Positions 30,431 through 31,605 of a stretch of DNA of 31,605 nucleotides are shown here, one piece after another. This DNA comes from an uncultured bacterium (GTDB taxonomy: Bacteria; Auribacterota; Erginobacteria; Erginobacterales; Erginobacteraceae): contig CAWGIE010000013.1 in assembly GCA_963822585.1 (NCBI GenBank), positions 1 to 31,605 of the forward strand. Direction: 5' to 3'. Each line of letters opens with the position of its first letter. The stretch's first letter is position 1. Both the position numbers and the translations under genes were made by a program. Under the pieces are notes generated by a model. It searched no databases. It saw nothing but the letters and a program-made list of their open reading frames with translations, and was not told the DNA's origin.

Positions 30431-31511
30431 CTAGTTTTCTTCTGCGGCAGCGATCGCCTCCCAGGCGACGGCGGCAGCGGCGGTGCGCGTCTCGACTTCG
30501 AGTTTCTCGAAGATGCTCCGCAAATGCGTCGTGACCGTCGGGAGGTGAAGCCCGCAAATCAGCGCGATCTCGGCATTGCGCTTCCCTTGCGCGAGCCAAA
30601 GCAGAACATCCGCTTCACGACCGCTAAGACCGAGTGCCAGGAGCGGTTCGATCGGCGGATTGAGGCGGCGTTCGAATAGCCTGAGCAGTTGCCGGTCGCG
30701 TCCCGACGTGGACTCAGCTAAAAGGCGAACAACTAACCGGTAACCTTTTCGCGAGAAGGCGATCTCGTTTTCCGAGGAGAGCCGTTCCCGCAACCACGAC
30801 CGTAGCGGTGCTGGCAGGCGTGTCACTCGCTCGCCGCCGTTACCAAAAGCGCGCGTCAGGAGTCTTCGCGCCGATTCGCTGCAAAAGGCGATTTCGTTGT
30901 TCGTCCCGAGAACGACGATCGCACTCCCGGCGCCGCGTAGCGCGTGATCGCGCATCTCGAGCGCAGCCTGCATTCGCTCCCGCGCCCTTGTTTCCCGCCA
31001 GACGCGGAGCAGATGCGGACGCAGAAGTTCGAGCAAGGTCCGTTCTTCCTCGGCAAAATCACGACGCGACCGATTCAACCCGAAAGTAATCTTCCTTCTC
31101 CGGTCCGACGGCGAAAGCGATTCCCAGCTGATAGTGAATTCCGTAGAGGCGGAAATGATCCTGATAAAGGCCGAGATCGCGGAATTGCCGTTGGCTCAGA
31201 GCGTCGGAAATCATGTTCGGCGCCGGCCAGTCACTCGCGCTGTCGGGCCGATTAAATCCCGGATGCTCGAGCATGTGCGCGTTCAAGCTCGCGACCAACC
31301 GCGGCGCACTCGGTTCGCCTAACGAGTGGCCGCGGAGAAGAAAGCCACGCCGGCTATCGAATTCATTGTAACTCACGCGGTCCACCGGAATCAGATCGGC
31401 AATCGTCTTCAGAAAGTGATCGGAGAGCTCCGCAGGCGTCACGCCGCGGTCGGAGAGAGCGGCCACTGCCGCGGAGAAACGGCGCAATTCGCGTTGAGCT
31501 AAACGGGTCAT
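30431..31511 (-). CDS. LuxR-family transcriptional regulator (GAF/PAS-like N-terminus, C-terminal HTH); frameshift near 31090
   Basis: GLSGREADVLLWLAQGKRNAEIA...TVTTHLRSIFEKLEVETRTAAA. The N-terminal part is in the 31059..31511 frame and joins at NRSRRDFAEEER. Confidence 0.85.
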
Positions 31512-31605
31512 GAAACACGCGGCAGCTGAGGCGTAAAGATGACAGAGAAACGTCGCTACGACCAGACTTTATCGGGCCAATTTCGGCAGCCGCATTCCTC
31601 GCCTG

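Larger units (their letters stand above)
133..31325. repeat. Dispersed over-represented motif CCTAACG(A), extended consensus GCCTAACGA(A/C/G)
   Basis: Plus-strand starts: 133, 340, 1354, 1841, 3247, 3518, 3721, 3756, 3913, 4057, 4143, 5238, 6229, 6701, 8749, 8844, 13853, 21746, 22897, 23363, 23684, 24082, 24263, 28279, 28755, 31318. Minus-strand (TCGTTAGG) starts: 732, 1375, 2787, 9022, 22421, 22760. Counted by eye. Confidence 0.9.

Noticed and set aside
133..31325. CRISPR array or tandem repeat explanation for CCTAACGA
   Set aside because: The motif is only 7-10 bp, irregularly spaced and mostly inside genes, and there are no cas genes.
1..31605. Mass pseudogenisation or programmed frameshifting
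   Set aside because: Indels hit housekeeping genes (rnr, rodA, cdaA) while motifs stay intact and no slippery site recurs. Sequencing error is the simpler explanation.
1..31605. Frequent CGATCG/GCGATCGC (HIP1-like) sites
   Set aside because: Plausibly explained by common codons (GCG ATC G.., CTC GAT C..) in a GC-rich genome. I could not show excess by eye.
1..31605. tRNA, rRNA or riboswitch
   Set aside because: No recognisable cloverleaf, rRNA or riboswitch consensus seen. A covariance-model search would be needed to exclude them.

Overview
GC-rich (about 60% by eye) bacterial chromosomal window. Gene content and order (PUR protein, rnr, folP-cdaA, rodA-secG) suggest Verrucomicrobiota, possibly Chthoniobacterales; this is inference only. 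Many genes carry 1-bp frameshifts, including housekeeping genes, which points to long-read or low-coverage consensus errors rather than pseudogenes. Left to right: (1) 1-7.3 kb, the 3' end of a phage-tail-like, probably extracellular contractile injection system (eCIS) operon: baseplate J-like, tail-I/wedge-like, DUF6519 beta-helix fibre and a small LysM-like/coiled-coil protein; (2) a convergent secreted HAF-repeat protein with a candidate sigma54 promoter; (3) 9.2-17 kb, an 8-gene NDP-sugar/polysaccharide operon (GT2, epimerase/dehydratase, RfbC, DUF4910, LhgO-like oxidase, C-methyltransferase, RfbF, PIG-L); (4) a mostly housekeeping block: ppdK, PUR, membrane protein, YiiX-like amidase, rnr, folP, cdaA plus a 49-aa CdaR-like peptide, SprT-like, rodA, secG, VOC, OppA-like, LuxR. 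The most striking unexplained signal is a dispersed non-palindromic motif, CCTAACG(A). I counted at least 32 copies by eye (26 plus, 6 minus). It is frame-independent, forces rare codons, overlaps three stop codons, is densest in the eCIS genes and is nearly absent from the sugar operon.
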